From an uncultured delta proteobacterium (lineage in GTDB: Bacteria; Desulfobacterota; Binatia; DP-6): DNA of 64,000 nucleotides. Position numbers and translations under genes: made by a program. The notes under the pieces were generated by a model. That model did not search any database, had not been told where the DNA came from, and was given only the letters and a program-made list of their open reading frames with translations. Location: NCBI GenBank assembly GCA_963815115.1, contig CAWFFN010000007.1:800001-864000 (forward strand). The letters are read 5' to 3'. Numbering within the stretch: position 1 is the first letter of the stretch; every line of letters starts with the position of its first letter. Shown here one piece after another: positions 28,623 through 39,177 of this stretch.

Positions 28623-29000
28623 TCAGGCCGCCGCGGCCTTTCCCTTGCCGCCCCGCGGCTCCTTCGCGGTGCTGCACGGGGTGCAGAGGTTGTTCACGTT
28701 GTTCGGGTCCTCGACCAGGCCGTCGTCGATGTTGTGGCAGACCTTCTTGCACGAGGCGCAGATGAAATAGACGCCCTCGATGGTCTTGTTGATGCGCTCG
28801 CGGTTCAAGATCCGCCCCTTCAGCTTCTCGATGCGGATGCCGAGGAGCTCCTCGTACTGCCGCTTGATCTTGCGCCGCCCGGCCTCGTCCTTGGGAAGCT
28901 CTTCCTCGGTCTCGTCGACCGCGGGCTCTTCGTCGTCGAGCGGACCGTACGCCTTCGCTTTCGACCCGGCGCCCTTGTCGCTCTTGCGCGCGCGTGCCAT
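28623..29000 (-). CDS. Hypothetical 125-aa protein with C-terminal CxxC..CxxC Zn-finger
   Basis: MARARKSDKG start with GAGGAGG RBS; coding-like codon usage; CASCKKVC and LCTPC motifs. Confidence 0.8.
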   Translation of the reverse strand: MARARKSDKGAGSKAKAYGPLDDEEPAVDETEEELPKDEAGRRKIKRQYEELLGIRIEKLKGRILNRERINKTIEGVYFICASCKKVCHNIDDGLVEDPNNVNNLCTPCSTAKEPRGGKGKAAAA

Positions 29001-29017
29001 GCGAGCTCGAAACCTCC

Positions 29018-29188
29018 TCAACGGGTGCGGCGGGTGTAGCCGCAGTTCTTGTCGCACACCCAGAAGAACCCACGGGGTCCGGCGCCGGCGTACTGGACGA
29101 CCCGCGTCTCGGCCCCACACGACGGGCAGAGCACCTTCCTCGTCCCCTCCCCGCTCTTCTCTGCCGTCTTCGCCTTCTTCTCGGCCAT
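29018..29188 (-). CDS. Hypothetical 56-aa zinc-ribbon protein (not in ORF track)
   Basis: MAEKKAKTAEKSGEGTRKVLCPSCGAETRVVQYAGAGPRGFFWVCDKNCGYTRRTR*. Its stop overlaps the RBS of the next gene, and a near-consensus promoter lies just upstream. Confidence 0.78.
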   Translation of the reverse strand: MAEKKAKTAEKSGEGTRKVLCPSCGAETRVVQYAGAGPRGFFWVCDKNCGYTRRTR

Positions 29189-29220
29189 CGTCACCGTGCC
29201 CGGTCAGGGGCGAACGTCCT

Positions 29221-29249
29221 TGTATACGAGCGCCTCTTCGGGGTGTCAA
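29221..29249 (-). promoter_or_regulatory. sigma70-type promoter for the two Zn-binding ORFs
   Basis: Minus strand reads TTGACA-17 nt-TATACA. Confidence 0.75.
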
Positions 29250-29304
29250 GGCACACGCCTCTGCTTGAGCGGGTCCAGGGGCCGTGCTAACGCCGACGCC
29301 ATCC

Positions 29305-29505
29305 ATGCGCGTGCACCTGCATCCGCAGGGGCGCACCGTCGAGATCACGGGACGGCGGCCGGTCGGACGCCTGCTGGCCGAGCTCGGCGTGCTGCCCGGA
29401 ACCGCCATGGTGATCCGCGGCGACGTCCTGCTCCTCGACGGCGAGATGCTGGAAGACGGGGACGACGTCGAGGTCCGCGCCGTCATCTCGGGAGGCGCCG
29501 CGTGA
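29305..29505 (+). CDS. ThiS/MoaD-family sulfur carrier (TtuB-like)
   Basis: 66 aa, ubiquitin-like, ends DDVEVRAVISGGAA; coupled to ttuA by a GTGA overlap. Confidence 0.88.
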   Translation: MRVHLHPQGRTVEITGRRPVGRLLAELGVLPGTAMVIRGDVLLLDGEMLEDGDDVEVRAVISGGAA

Positions 29506-30443
29506 AGTGCACGCGGTGCCGCGCGAAGGCGGAGGTCCACCTCCGTGCGCACAACGCGGGCTTCTGCCGTCCCTGCTACCTCGGCTTCTTTCGCCGTCAC
29601 GTGGAGCGCGCCATCGCCGCTGAACGCATGTGCACCACCGACGAGCGCGTGCTCGTCGCCGTTTCCGGCGGGAAGGACAGTCTCGCGCTGTGGGACGTCC
29701 TCATCGAGCTCGGCCACCGCACCACGGGTCTGTACGTCGCCCAGGGCATCGGGGGCTATTCCACGCGCTCCCAGGAGAAGGTCGAGGGCTTCGCGCGCCA
29801 GCGCGGGCTCGAGCTGCGGATCGTCGATCTCGACGACGAGGGTCCCGGTCTCGCCGTGCCCGACGTCGCCGCGAGCACGCGGCGCTCCCCCTGCTCTGCG
29901 TGCGGAACGCTCAAGCGGCACGTCTTCGATGAAGCGGCCGTGGCGGGCGGGTTCGACGTCCTCGCCACGGGCCACAATCTCGACGACGAGGCCGCTCGCC
30001 TGCTGGGAAACGTCCTGCGCTGGCAGGTCGATCACCTCGCCCGCCAGCGCCCGGTGCTGCCGCCCACCCATCCGAAGTTCGTGCGCAAGGTGAAGCCGCT
30101 ATTCCTGCTCGGCGAGTACGAGACGGCGGTCTACGCGTTCATGCGCGGGATCGACTACGTCGTCGAGGAGTGCCCGAACAGCGTCGGGGCGACGCAGCTG
30201 GTGTACAAGGATGCGCTCAACCGTCTCGAAGCCGCCAGTCCGGGCACCAAGCTGTCCTTCGTCCGCGAGTTCCTGCGCGGAGGACAGGCGGCCTTCGCAG
30301 CACGCGCTGCCGAGCAGGAGGGTCCACCCAACGACTGCGCCCGTTGCGGGATGCCCGCATGGGGCGAGGTGTGCAGCTTCTGCCGGCTGGTGGCGGAGGT
30401 CGAGCGCAAGCGAGCGCGCCGCGTCGGCGGGCCGGCGGCGTGA
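29502..30443 (+). CDS. ttuA: tRNA 2-thiouridine sulfurtransferase TtuA/Ncs6 family
   Basis: N-terminal CxxC..HxxxxCxxC, PP-loop SGGKDS, PCSACG, TGHNLDDEA, ECP and C-terminal CxxC..CxxC. Confidence 0.9.
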   Translation: MKCTRCRAKAEVHLRAHNAGFCRPCYLGFFRRHVERAIAAERMCTTDERVLVAVSGGKDSLALWDVLIELGHRTTGLYVAQGIGGYSTRSQEKVEGFARQRGLELRIVDLDDEGPGLAVPDVAASTRRSPCSACGTLKRHVFDEAAVAGGFDVLATGHNLDDEAARLLGNVLRWQVDHLARQRPVLPPTHPKFVRKVKPLFLLGEYETAVYAFMRGIDYVVEECPNSVGATQLVYKDALNRLEAASPGTKLSFVREFLRGGQAAFAARAAEQEGPPNDCARCGMPAWGEVCSFCRLVAEVERKRARRVGGPAA

Positions 30444-31378
30444 CGGAGGCATCGAGCGACGACGGCTCGGCGCGCGCGCTGCTGCGCGAGCGCGAGCCGG
30501 TCTTCCTGCTCGACCGCAAGGGCCGGGGATACCTCCGCACGCTGCGCCCGGGCGCTCGCATGACCGTGCGCGGCGCCGCCGTCGCCTGCGATGCGGTCAT
30601 CGGCCGTCCCGAGGGATCGACGGTCGAGACCGCCGCCGGTGAACGGCTCCTCGTCCTGCGTCCGACCTACGCGCAGCTGATCCCGCGCCTGCCCCGCCAG
30701 GCGCAGCCGATCTATCCCAAGGACGTCGGTCCCCTGCTGCTCTGGGGAGACATCGGCCCGGGCGACCTCGTCGTCGAGATCGGAACCGGCCCCGCGGCCC
30801 TCACCCTCGCGTTGCTCCGCGCGGTCGGCCCCACGGGCCGTCTCGTCTCCTATGAGGTGCGGGAGGACTTCGCCGCCACGGCGCGCGACAACGTCGCTCG
30901 CTACCACGGACCGGCTCCCAACTGGACGCTCCGGGTGGCCGACGCGTTTGCCGGTCTCGTCGAGCGCGGCGTCGATCGCATGGTCGTGGACCTCGCGGAG
31001 CCCTGGCAGCTGCTCGATCACATCGCAGCCGCCTTGCGTCCCGGTGGAGTCCTCACCGCGTTCGTCCCCACGGTGCTGCAGGTGAAGGAGCACGTCGACG
31101 CGCTCCGGGCCCACGAGCGCTTCGACGCGGTCGAGGCCCTCGAGACCCTGCTGCGGTTCTGGCACGTGAGCGCGCGCAGCGTGCGCCCGGAGCACCGCAT
31201 GGTGGCGCACACCGGGTTTCTCGTCGTCGCGCGGCGCGTTGCCGACACGCTGCGGACGGGTTCAGAATTGACTCCCTCAAACCCCTTTGGTACCGAGGAG
31301 TTGGACGCGAGCCACGCCGCAGGGTCGACGCACGATGACGAAGGCGGAGATCCGCCAGAGGATCTGGAAGACGATTGA
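30440..31378 (+). CDS. trmI: tRNA (adenine58-N1)-methyltransferase
   Basis: PRQAQPIYPKD, VVEIGTG, SYEVREDF, DLAEPW and SVRPEHRMVAHTGFL motifs; acidic tail overlaps the next gene. Confidence 0.92.
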   Translation: MTEASSDDGSARALLREREPVFLLDRKGRGYLRTLRPGARMTVRGAAVACDAVIGRPEGSTVETAAGERLLVLRPTYAQLIPRLPRQAQPIYPKDVGPLLLWGDIGPGDLVVEIGTGPAALTLALLRAVGPTGRLVSYEVREDFAATARDNVARYHGPAPNWTLRVADAFAGLVERGVDRMVVDLAEPWQLLDHIAAALRPGGVLTAFVPTVLQVKEHVDALRAHERFDAVEALETLLRFWHVSARSVRPEHRMVAHTGFLVVARRVADTLRTGSELTPSNPFGTEELDASHAAGSTHDDEGGDPPEDLEDD

Positions 31379-32075
31379 GCGCGAAGGCGTCGGCCGCTTC
31401 CCGTTCTCGCCTGGTCGCATCCCGAACTTCGTCGGGGCCGAGCAGGCGGCCCAGCTGCTGCGCGAGATGGCCGTCTGGCGCCGTGCTCTCGTGGTCAAGG
31501 TGAATCCCGACGCGCCCCAGCTCCCGGTCCGCCGCCTCGCCCTCGAGGAGGGCAAGATCGTCTACATGGCGGTTCCACGCCTACGCACCGAGAAGTGCTT
31601 CATCGAGATCGACCCGCAGCGCTTCGGCAAGCGCGCCGCGCTCGCCGCGAGCATCGGGGGCGCGTGTCGCTTCGGGCGCGCGGTGTCGCCTCGCGAGATG
31701 CGGCCCGTCGACCTGATCGTGTGCGGCTCGGTCGGCGTGGGACGCGACGGGGCGCGGGTCGGCAAGGGCGGCGGATACTGCGATCTCGAGTACGGCCTGC
31801 TCCGCGAAGAAGGCAAGGTCCGCGAGTCGACCCCCATCCTCACCACGGTGCATCCGCTGCAGCTCACTCCCGACCGGATTCCGATGCTGCCGCACGACCT
31901 GCCGGTGGATTTCCTCGTGACGCCCTCGGAGGTGATCGCCACCCGTCCGGCACATCCACGGCCCCGGGGCATCTACTGGGACCTGCTGCGCTCGCTCAGG
32001 ATCAACGCCATTCCGCTGCTGCGCAAGCGGCTGAAGCGCGGGGTGAGCGGCGCGCCCTCACCGCGCCGGCTGTAG
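31335..32075 (+). CDS. 5-formyltetrahydrofolate cyclo-ligase family protein (MTHFSD/archaeal-like type)
   Basis: KAEIRQRIW, GRIPNFVGA, KVNPDAPQ, GARVGKGGGYCDLEY and PHDLPVD motifs. Confidence 0.88.
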   Translation: MTKAEIRQRIWKTIEREGVGRFPFSPGRIPNFVGAEQAAQLLREMAVWRRALVVKVNPDAPQLPVRRLALEEGKIVYMAVPRLRTEKCFIEIDPQRFGKRAALAASIGGACRFGRAVSPREMRPVDLIVCGSVGVGRDGARVGKGGGYCDLEYGLLREEGKVRESTPILTTVHPLQLTPDRIPMLPHDLPVDFLVTPSEVIATRPAHPRPRGIYWDLLRSLRINAIPLLRKRLKRGVSGAPSPRRL

Positions 32076-32084
32076 AGCGGCCGT

Positions 32085-32834
32085 CTACTCCTCGCCCAGC
32101 GCGGCGCGCAGCTCGGGCAGCGCGCGCAGCACGAAGCGTGGCGGTGGCGCGGTCCCGGGAACACCCTGCCCGTCGCGATCGATCCATGCCGCGTCGATGC
32201 CCGCGGCATGCGCCGCCGCGACGTCCTCGGCAAACGTGTCCCCGACCATCACGCCCGACGCCGCGGACACGTCGAGCATGCGCAGCGCGGTGTCGAGCAT
32301 GAGCGGATGCGGCTTGCGGAGACCGAGCCCCTCCGACACGACGACGGCGTCGACCCGTTGCAGGATGCCGTGCCGGTGGAGCACCTCGTACGCGCCCGCG
32401 GTGTCGTCGAAGTTGCTCACCACGGCGAGGCGGTGACGGGGGCGCAGCTCGTCGAGCAAGGTCGCGTGCGCGGCGGGCAGCACGGTGGCCGACGCGAGCA
32501 CCCGGTGATGGGCGCGGGCGAGCGCGGCGCCCCCTTCCTCGCACGCCCCGGGAGCGCACCCCACGCGCACCAGCGCACGCCGGAAGCGCTCCCGCGACGG
32601 CTGCTCGACGTGGTCGCGCGCGCGCTGCAGGGCGATCTCCTGGCTCACCGCGGCGAGCGCGAGCCAGAAGTCGTCGAGGCTGACGCCCGGAGCGTACCGC
32701 TCCAGAAGATCGCCGTGACCGGCGAGCGTCGTGCGCACCGTGTGCGAGCCCACTCGCAGGACGGGCAGCCGCGCCGGCTCGAGCAGCACGAGCGTACCGA
32801 AGAGGTCGAGCAGCACGCCCTCGTAGCGCGGCAT
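32085..32834 (-). CDS. HAD-superfamily hydrolase
   Basis: LLDLFGTL, VVSNFD, RKPHP and MVGDTFAEDV motifs. Confidence 0.9.
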   Translation of the reverse strand: MPRYEGVLLDLFGTLVLLEPARLPVLRVGSHTVRTTLAGHGDLLERYAPGVSLDDFWLALAAVSQEIALQRARDHVEQPSRERFRRALVRVGCAPGACEEGGAALARAHHRVLASATVLPAAHATLLDELRPRHRLAVVSNFDDTAGAYEVLHRHGILQRVDAVVVSEGLGLRKPHPLMLDTALRMLDVSAASGVMVGDTFAEDVAAAHAAGIDAAWIDRDGQGVPGTAPPPRFVLRALPELRAALGEE

Positions 32835-32838
32835 GCGA

Positions 32839-33308
32839 CTACTGGAGCGTGGGCGGGACGCCCCGTCCCGCGATCGACCGGCGCCCGGCGAAGCCCTCGC
32901 CCTCGCGATGCCAGAACGCGACCTCGGGCTCCCCGAACTGCCAGCAGAGCAGCACGGCCTCGCCGTGCAGCTCGCTGGGGAAGTCGACCAGCCCGAGCGC
33001 GACGTCCTTCAGCTGCGCGCCGCCGCGCTCGATCTCGCGCACGACCGAGTCGAGCTCCTCGATGAGGGCGCGCGCCTCGGGCCGGTGGCGGACGAGCTGC
33101 TCGCTCGACAGCGTCGCCGGCTCGACGCCGCGCGACGCCGCCAGGCTGCGCCGCTCCTCGTCCAGCCGCAGGGCACCGCGCTGCAGCCGCTCGAGCAGCA
33201 TGGCGAGGCGCGGCACCTGCGCGTTGGCCTCGTCGACCGTGAAGAGCTTCGCCGTGGAGAACTCCTGCGTGAGTGCGGGCGACTCGTCTCGATTCGCCTC
33301 CCGGCCAT
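32839..33308 (-). CDS. DUF2203 family protein; probable 1-bp deletion just after the start codon
   Basis: KLFTVDEANAQVPRL..LKDVALGLVDFPS..LCWQFGEPEVAFWH..GFAGRR. The conserved N-terminus lies upstream of GTG 33216, and the nearest ATG (33308) is one base out of frame. Confidence 0.8.
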
Positions 33309-33391
33309 GCGGCTCGAGACCGGCCGGGCGGACGTGGCCGGGAGACTAACGGCTCGGCCCGCGGGAGTCGAGGCGATCGCGCCCAGTCGCC

Positions 33392-33420
33392 TTGTCCGAC
33401 CGGGGAGCGTGGGTTACAGT
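33392..33420 (+). promoter_or_regulatory. Putative sigma70 promoter of lon
   Basis: TTGTCC-17 nt-TACAGT, ending 10 nt before the ATG. Confidence 0.5.
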
Positions 33421-33430
33421 CCCGCCGCCG

Positions 33431-35860
<2,430 letters not shown>

Positions 35861-35899
35861 GCCCGGCGCCCCGTCCGGCCGCCGTTTCCCGCTCCCACC

Positions 35900-36889
35900 A
35901 TGCCCGAGCTTCGCAAAGATCCGCTCCTCGGCCGCTGGGTGATCATCGGCACCGAGCGGGTCCGCCGGCCCGGCGACTTCCGCAGCGAGCGGCCGGCGCG
36001 GCGGAGCGGGCCCTGCGCGCTCTGCGGCGGTCACGAGCAGGAGACGCCGCCCGAGGTGCTGATCTACCGCGACAAGCCCGACGACGGCGGGTGGCGGGTC
36101 CGGGTGGTGCCGAGACGGTTCCCGGCCCTGCGTGTGGAGGGCGACCTCGAGCGGCGCGGGCACGGACTCTACGATCTGATGAACGGCATCGGCGCGCACG
36201 AGGTCGTGATCGAATCGCCGCGCCACGAGGATGCGCTGGCGCGGCTGCCCGTGGCGGCGGTCGAGGACGTCGTCCGGGCCTGGCGCGACCGCATCGTCGA
36301 CCTCAAGCGCGACCAGCGCTTCCGCTCGATCGCGATCTTCAAGGCGTACGGCCTCGCGGGCGACGTCGCGCTCGAGCATCCGCACTCCGAGCTCCTCGCC
36401 ACGCCCATCCCGCCGCAGGGCCTGAGCGACGAGCTCCATCACGCGCGCCTGTACCACGACTACCGCGAGCGCTGTCTCTTCTGCGACATCCTGCATCAGG
36501 AGGCGGAAGAGCGGGCCCGGGTGGTGGTGGAGACCGATCACGTCCTCGCGTTCGCCCCGTTCGCCGCCCGCTTCCCGTTCGAGACCTGGCTGCTGCCGCG
36601 GCGCCACGTGCCGTCGTTCGAGCACAGCGGCGCCGTCGAGCTGCGCGAGCTGGCGCGGGCGCTGCGCACGGTCCTGCGCAAGCTCGAGGGCGCGCTCGGC
36701 GATCCCCCCTTCGACCTGCTCCTGCACAGCGCGCCCTTCGCCGAGGGCGACAGCCCGTACTACCACTGGCACCTCGAGATCACGCCGCGGCTGCTGCCGC
36801 CGGCGGGATTCGACTGGAGCAGCGGCTTCCAGGTGAACCCGATGCCCCCCGAGGACGCCGCCCGCTTCCTCCGCGACACCGCCGACTAG
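35900..36889 (+). CDS. galT: GalT-family sugar-1-phosphate nucleotidyltransferase (variant active site)
   Basis: MPELRKDP..WVII, GIGAHEVVIESP, EHPHS, CLFCDI, FPFETW and YHWHLEI motifs. Confidence 0.85.
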   Translation: MPELRKDPLLGRWVIIGTERVRRPGDFRSERPARRSGPCALCGGHEQETPPEVLIYRDKPDDGGWRVRVVPRRFPALRVEGDLERRGHGLYDLMNGIGAHEVVIESPRHEDALARLPVAAVEDVVRAWRDRIVDLKRDQRFRSIAIFKAYGLAGDVALEHPHSELLATPIPPQGLSDELHHARLYHDYRERCLFCDILHQEAEERARVVVETDHVLAFAPFAARFPFETWLLPRRHVPSFEHSGAVELRELARALRTVLRKLEGALGDPPFDLLLHSAPFAEGDSPYYHWHLEITPRLLPPAGFDWSSGFQVNPMPPEDAARFLRDTAD

Positions 36890-36894
36890 GAGAG

Positions 36895-37178
36895 CGACCC
36901 GAGACTCCGTCTCGGGTCGGGACGGAGAGTGAGAATGAGACTCGATGAACGGTGCGGGCGTCGTGCCGCGGCCGGCAAAGCCGGCGCGGCAGACCTACCG
37001 GAGCGCTACCCAGTAGCTGAGACGGATTTGCAGGCGGCGCAGAACGGATTTGACCAGGGCCTCGGCCGTGCCACGTTTTGCCGCGCCGGCTTTGCCGGCC
37101 GCGGCACGGCGGGCGCCCGGGTCACCGAACGCCACACGCTCGCCCCCGTTTCCGACCCGAGACAAAGTCTCGGGTCGG
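36895..37178. repeat. Composite inverted-repeat element (REPIN/MITE-like) between galT and glgA
   Basis: Hairpins CGACCCGAGAC-TCC-GTCTCGGGTCG (36895-36919) and CCGACCCGAGAC-AAA-GTCTCGGGTCGG (37152-37178). Perfect 30-bp inverted repeat at 36962-36991 / 37079-37108. ACGGATTTG direct repeat at 37022 and 37044. Confidence 0.85.
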
Positions 37179-37187
37179 GCTAATCGC

Positions 37188-38639
37188 ATGCGGGTGTGCA
37201 TGCTCACCCCGGAGGCCTTCCCGTACGCCAAGACGGGCGGCCTGGCGGACGTGCTCGCCGCGCTGCCCGCCGCCCTCGCGCGGCTGGGGGTCGAGGTCAC
37301 GGTGATGCTCCCCGCCTATCGCGAGGCGCTGCGGGTCGCCGGCGCCGTCGAGCACCTGGGTATCGTGCGCGCGCCGGTGTCGAGCCGGCTCGAGCCGGCG
37401 ACCATCGTGCGGGTCGCCGGCGCACGCGTGCCGACGCTCATGGTGCAGGCGCCGCGCTACTTCGATCGCGAGGGGATGTACGGCGCCGACGGCCACGATC
37501 ACCCGGACAACGCCGAGCGCTTCACCTTCTTCTGTCGCGCCGCCCTCGAGTGGCTGCGCGGGCTCGGCACACCACCCGACGTCGTCCACTGCCACGACTG
37601 GCAGGCGGCGCTGGTGCCGGCCATGGTGCGCGCCACGGCGCCGCTCTACCCGGAGCTGCGCCGCGTCCGCCTCGTGCAGACGATCCACAACCTCGCCTAC
37701 CAGGGCCGCTTCTGGGCGGCCGACTGGCACCTGCTGAATCTCGACGGGCGCCACTTCACGAGCGAGGCGCTCGAGCTCTACGGCGATATCAGCTTCTTGA
37801 AGGCGGGGCTGGTGTTTGCGGACGTCATCACGACGGTGAGCCCGCGCTACGCGCGTGAGATACAGACACCGGCGCTCGGCGAGGGCCTCGACGGCATCCT
37901 GCGCGCGCGGGCCAGGCGCCTGCGCGGCATCGTCAACGGCATCGACTACGGCATGTGGAACCCGGCCACCGATCCCGTGCTCGCCGCGCGCTACGACGTC
38001 GGCGCCATGGGCGGCAAGGCGCGCTGCAAGGCAGACCTGCAGGAAGCGGTCGGCCTCCACGTCGCCGCCGAGCCGGCGCTGCTGGCGATGGTGTCGCGCC
38101 TGGCCGCCCAGAAGGGCCTCGACGTGGCGCTCGAGGCACTGCCGCAGCTGCTCGAGCACTCGGATGCTCAGGTCGTCCTCCTCGGGAGCGGCGACCCGCT
38201 CCTCGAGGCGGGCTACCACGCGCTGGCGCAGTCCTTCCCGGGCCGCGTCGCCATCCACGTCGGTTTCGACGAGCCGCTCGCCCACCGGATCGTGGCGGGG
38301 GCAGACGCCTTCCTGATGCCGTCGCGCTACGAGCCGTGCGGCCTGAGCCAGCTCTACAGCCTGCGCTACGGCACCGTGCCCGTCGTCCACGCGACCGGCG
38401 GCCTCGATGACACCGTGAGCCAATTCGACGCTGGCTCGGGTACGGGCACCGGATTCAAGTTCGCCCCCTTGACTGCCGCGGCGCTCCGGGACGCCCTCGG
38501 TCAGGCGCTGGATGCCCGGCGCGACGCGACCGCCTGGCGGCGGCTCCAGGAGCGCGGCATGCGCGAAGACTTTTCCTGGGAGCGCTCGGCGAGCGCATAC
38601 CGCAACCTCTACGCGGAGCTGCTCGCCGCGCCGTCCTGA
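37188..38639 (+). CDS. glgA: Glycogen synthase
   Basis: KTGGLADV, DNAERF, HCHDWQ, TIHNLAYQG, SRLAAQKG and PSRYEPCGL motifs. Confidence 0.96.
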   Translation: MRVCMLTPEAFPYAKTGGLADVLAALPAALARLGVEVTVMLPAYREALRVAGAVEHLGIVRAPVSSRLEPATIVRVAGARVPTLMVQAPRYFDREGMYGADGHDHPDNAERFTFFCRAALEWLRGLGTPPDVVHCHDWQAALVPAMVRATAPLYPELRRVRLVQTIHNLAYQGRFWAADWHLLNLDGRHFTSEALELYGDISFLKAGLVFADVITTVSPRYAREIQTPALGEGLDGILRARARRLRGIVNGIDYGMWNPATDPVLAARYDVGAMGGKARCKADLQEAVGLHVAAEPALLAMVSRLAAQKGLDVALEALPQLLEHSDAQVVLLGSGDPLLEAGYHALAQSFPGRVAIHVGFDEPLAHRIVAGADAFLMPSRYEPCGLSQLYSLRYGTVPVVHATGGLDDTVSQFDAGSGTGTGFKFAPLTAAALRDALGQALDARRDATAWRRLQERGMREDFSWERSASAYRNLYAELLAAPS

Positions 38640-38663
38640 GGCCGCTGGGCGGTCCGGCGGCCG

Positions 38664-39020
38664 TCAGGCCGAGAACGACGACCCGCAGCCGCAGGTGTGG
38701 GTGGCGTTCGGGTTCACGAACTTGAACCCGCCACCGTGCAGGCTGTTGACGTAGTCGATCTCGAGACCGCGCAGATAGGGCGCGCTGGCCGGATCGATGC
38801 GTACCTGGACGCCGTCGTAGTCGAGTACCTGATCGCCGTCCTGGATCTGGTCGTCGAAGTCGAGCTGGTAGCTGAATCCCGAGCAGCCGCCTCCGACCAC
38901 TGCGACACGCAGGGCATGACCGTCAGAGAGACCCTCCCGGGCGCGGACCTTTCTGACCATCTCCACGGCGTAGGGCGTCAGGGTCACGACGGGCTCGGAA
39001 CCAGCCTGGGGGGCATCCAT
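38664..39020 (-). CDS. A-type iron-sulfur cluster carrier (IscA/ErpA/HesB)
   Basis: LRVAVVGGGCSGFSY and NPNATHTCGCGSSF motifs. Confidence 0.95.
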   Translation of the reverse strand: MDAPQAGSEPVVTLTPYAVEMVRKVRAREGLSDGHALRVAVVGGGCSGFSYQLDFDDQIQDGDQVLDYDGVQVRIDPASAPYLRGLEIDYVNSLHGGGFKFVNPNATHTCGCGSSFSA

Positions 39021-39026
39021 GTCGCC

Positions 39027-39055
39027 AGGGTAGAGTCGGTGGTACCCGAAGTCAA
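39027..39055 (-). promoter_or_regulatory. sigma70 promoter giving a probable leaderless iscA/erpA mRNA
   Basis: TTGACT-17 nt-TACCCT-6 nt-ATG on the minus strand; no RBS. Confidence 0.6.
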
Positions 39056-39177
39056 CGTCGAGGTAGCCCACTTGCGGACCGCCGCCCCATCGGGTCAGAT
39101 GGCCTTGCCGATCCTCCGGATCATGCGGGTCTGCGAGGACGGCGGTGAAGCGCCGGCGCGTGCGGTGTTGCGCCCCA

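Noticed and set aside
31268-31296. TTGACT-17-TACCGA inside the trmI tail as an internal promoter
   Set aside because: The -10 lacks the conserved final T; plausible but unsupported.
36960-37020. GCAAAGCC resembling a c-di-GMP-I riboswitch
   Set aside because: The preceding GGCAAAC..GAAA..GAC stem is missing, and the motif is explained by the palindromic element, where it also occurs inverted.
36895-37178. Repeat element as a CRISPR array or intrinsic terminator
   Set aside because: Only two copies of each unit, in inverted arrangement, with no regular spacers, no cas genes and no U-tract after the outer hairpins.
36929-37300. Short ORFs across the galT-glgA gap
   Set aside because: Their translations mirror the inverted repeats (RRAAAGKAGAA on both strands), with no independent coding signal.
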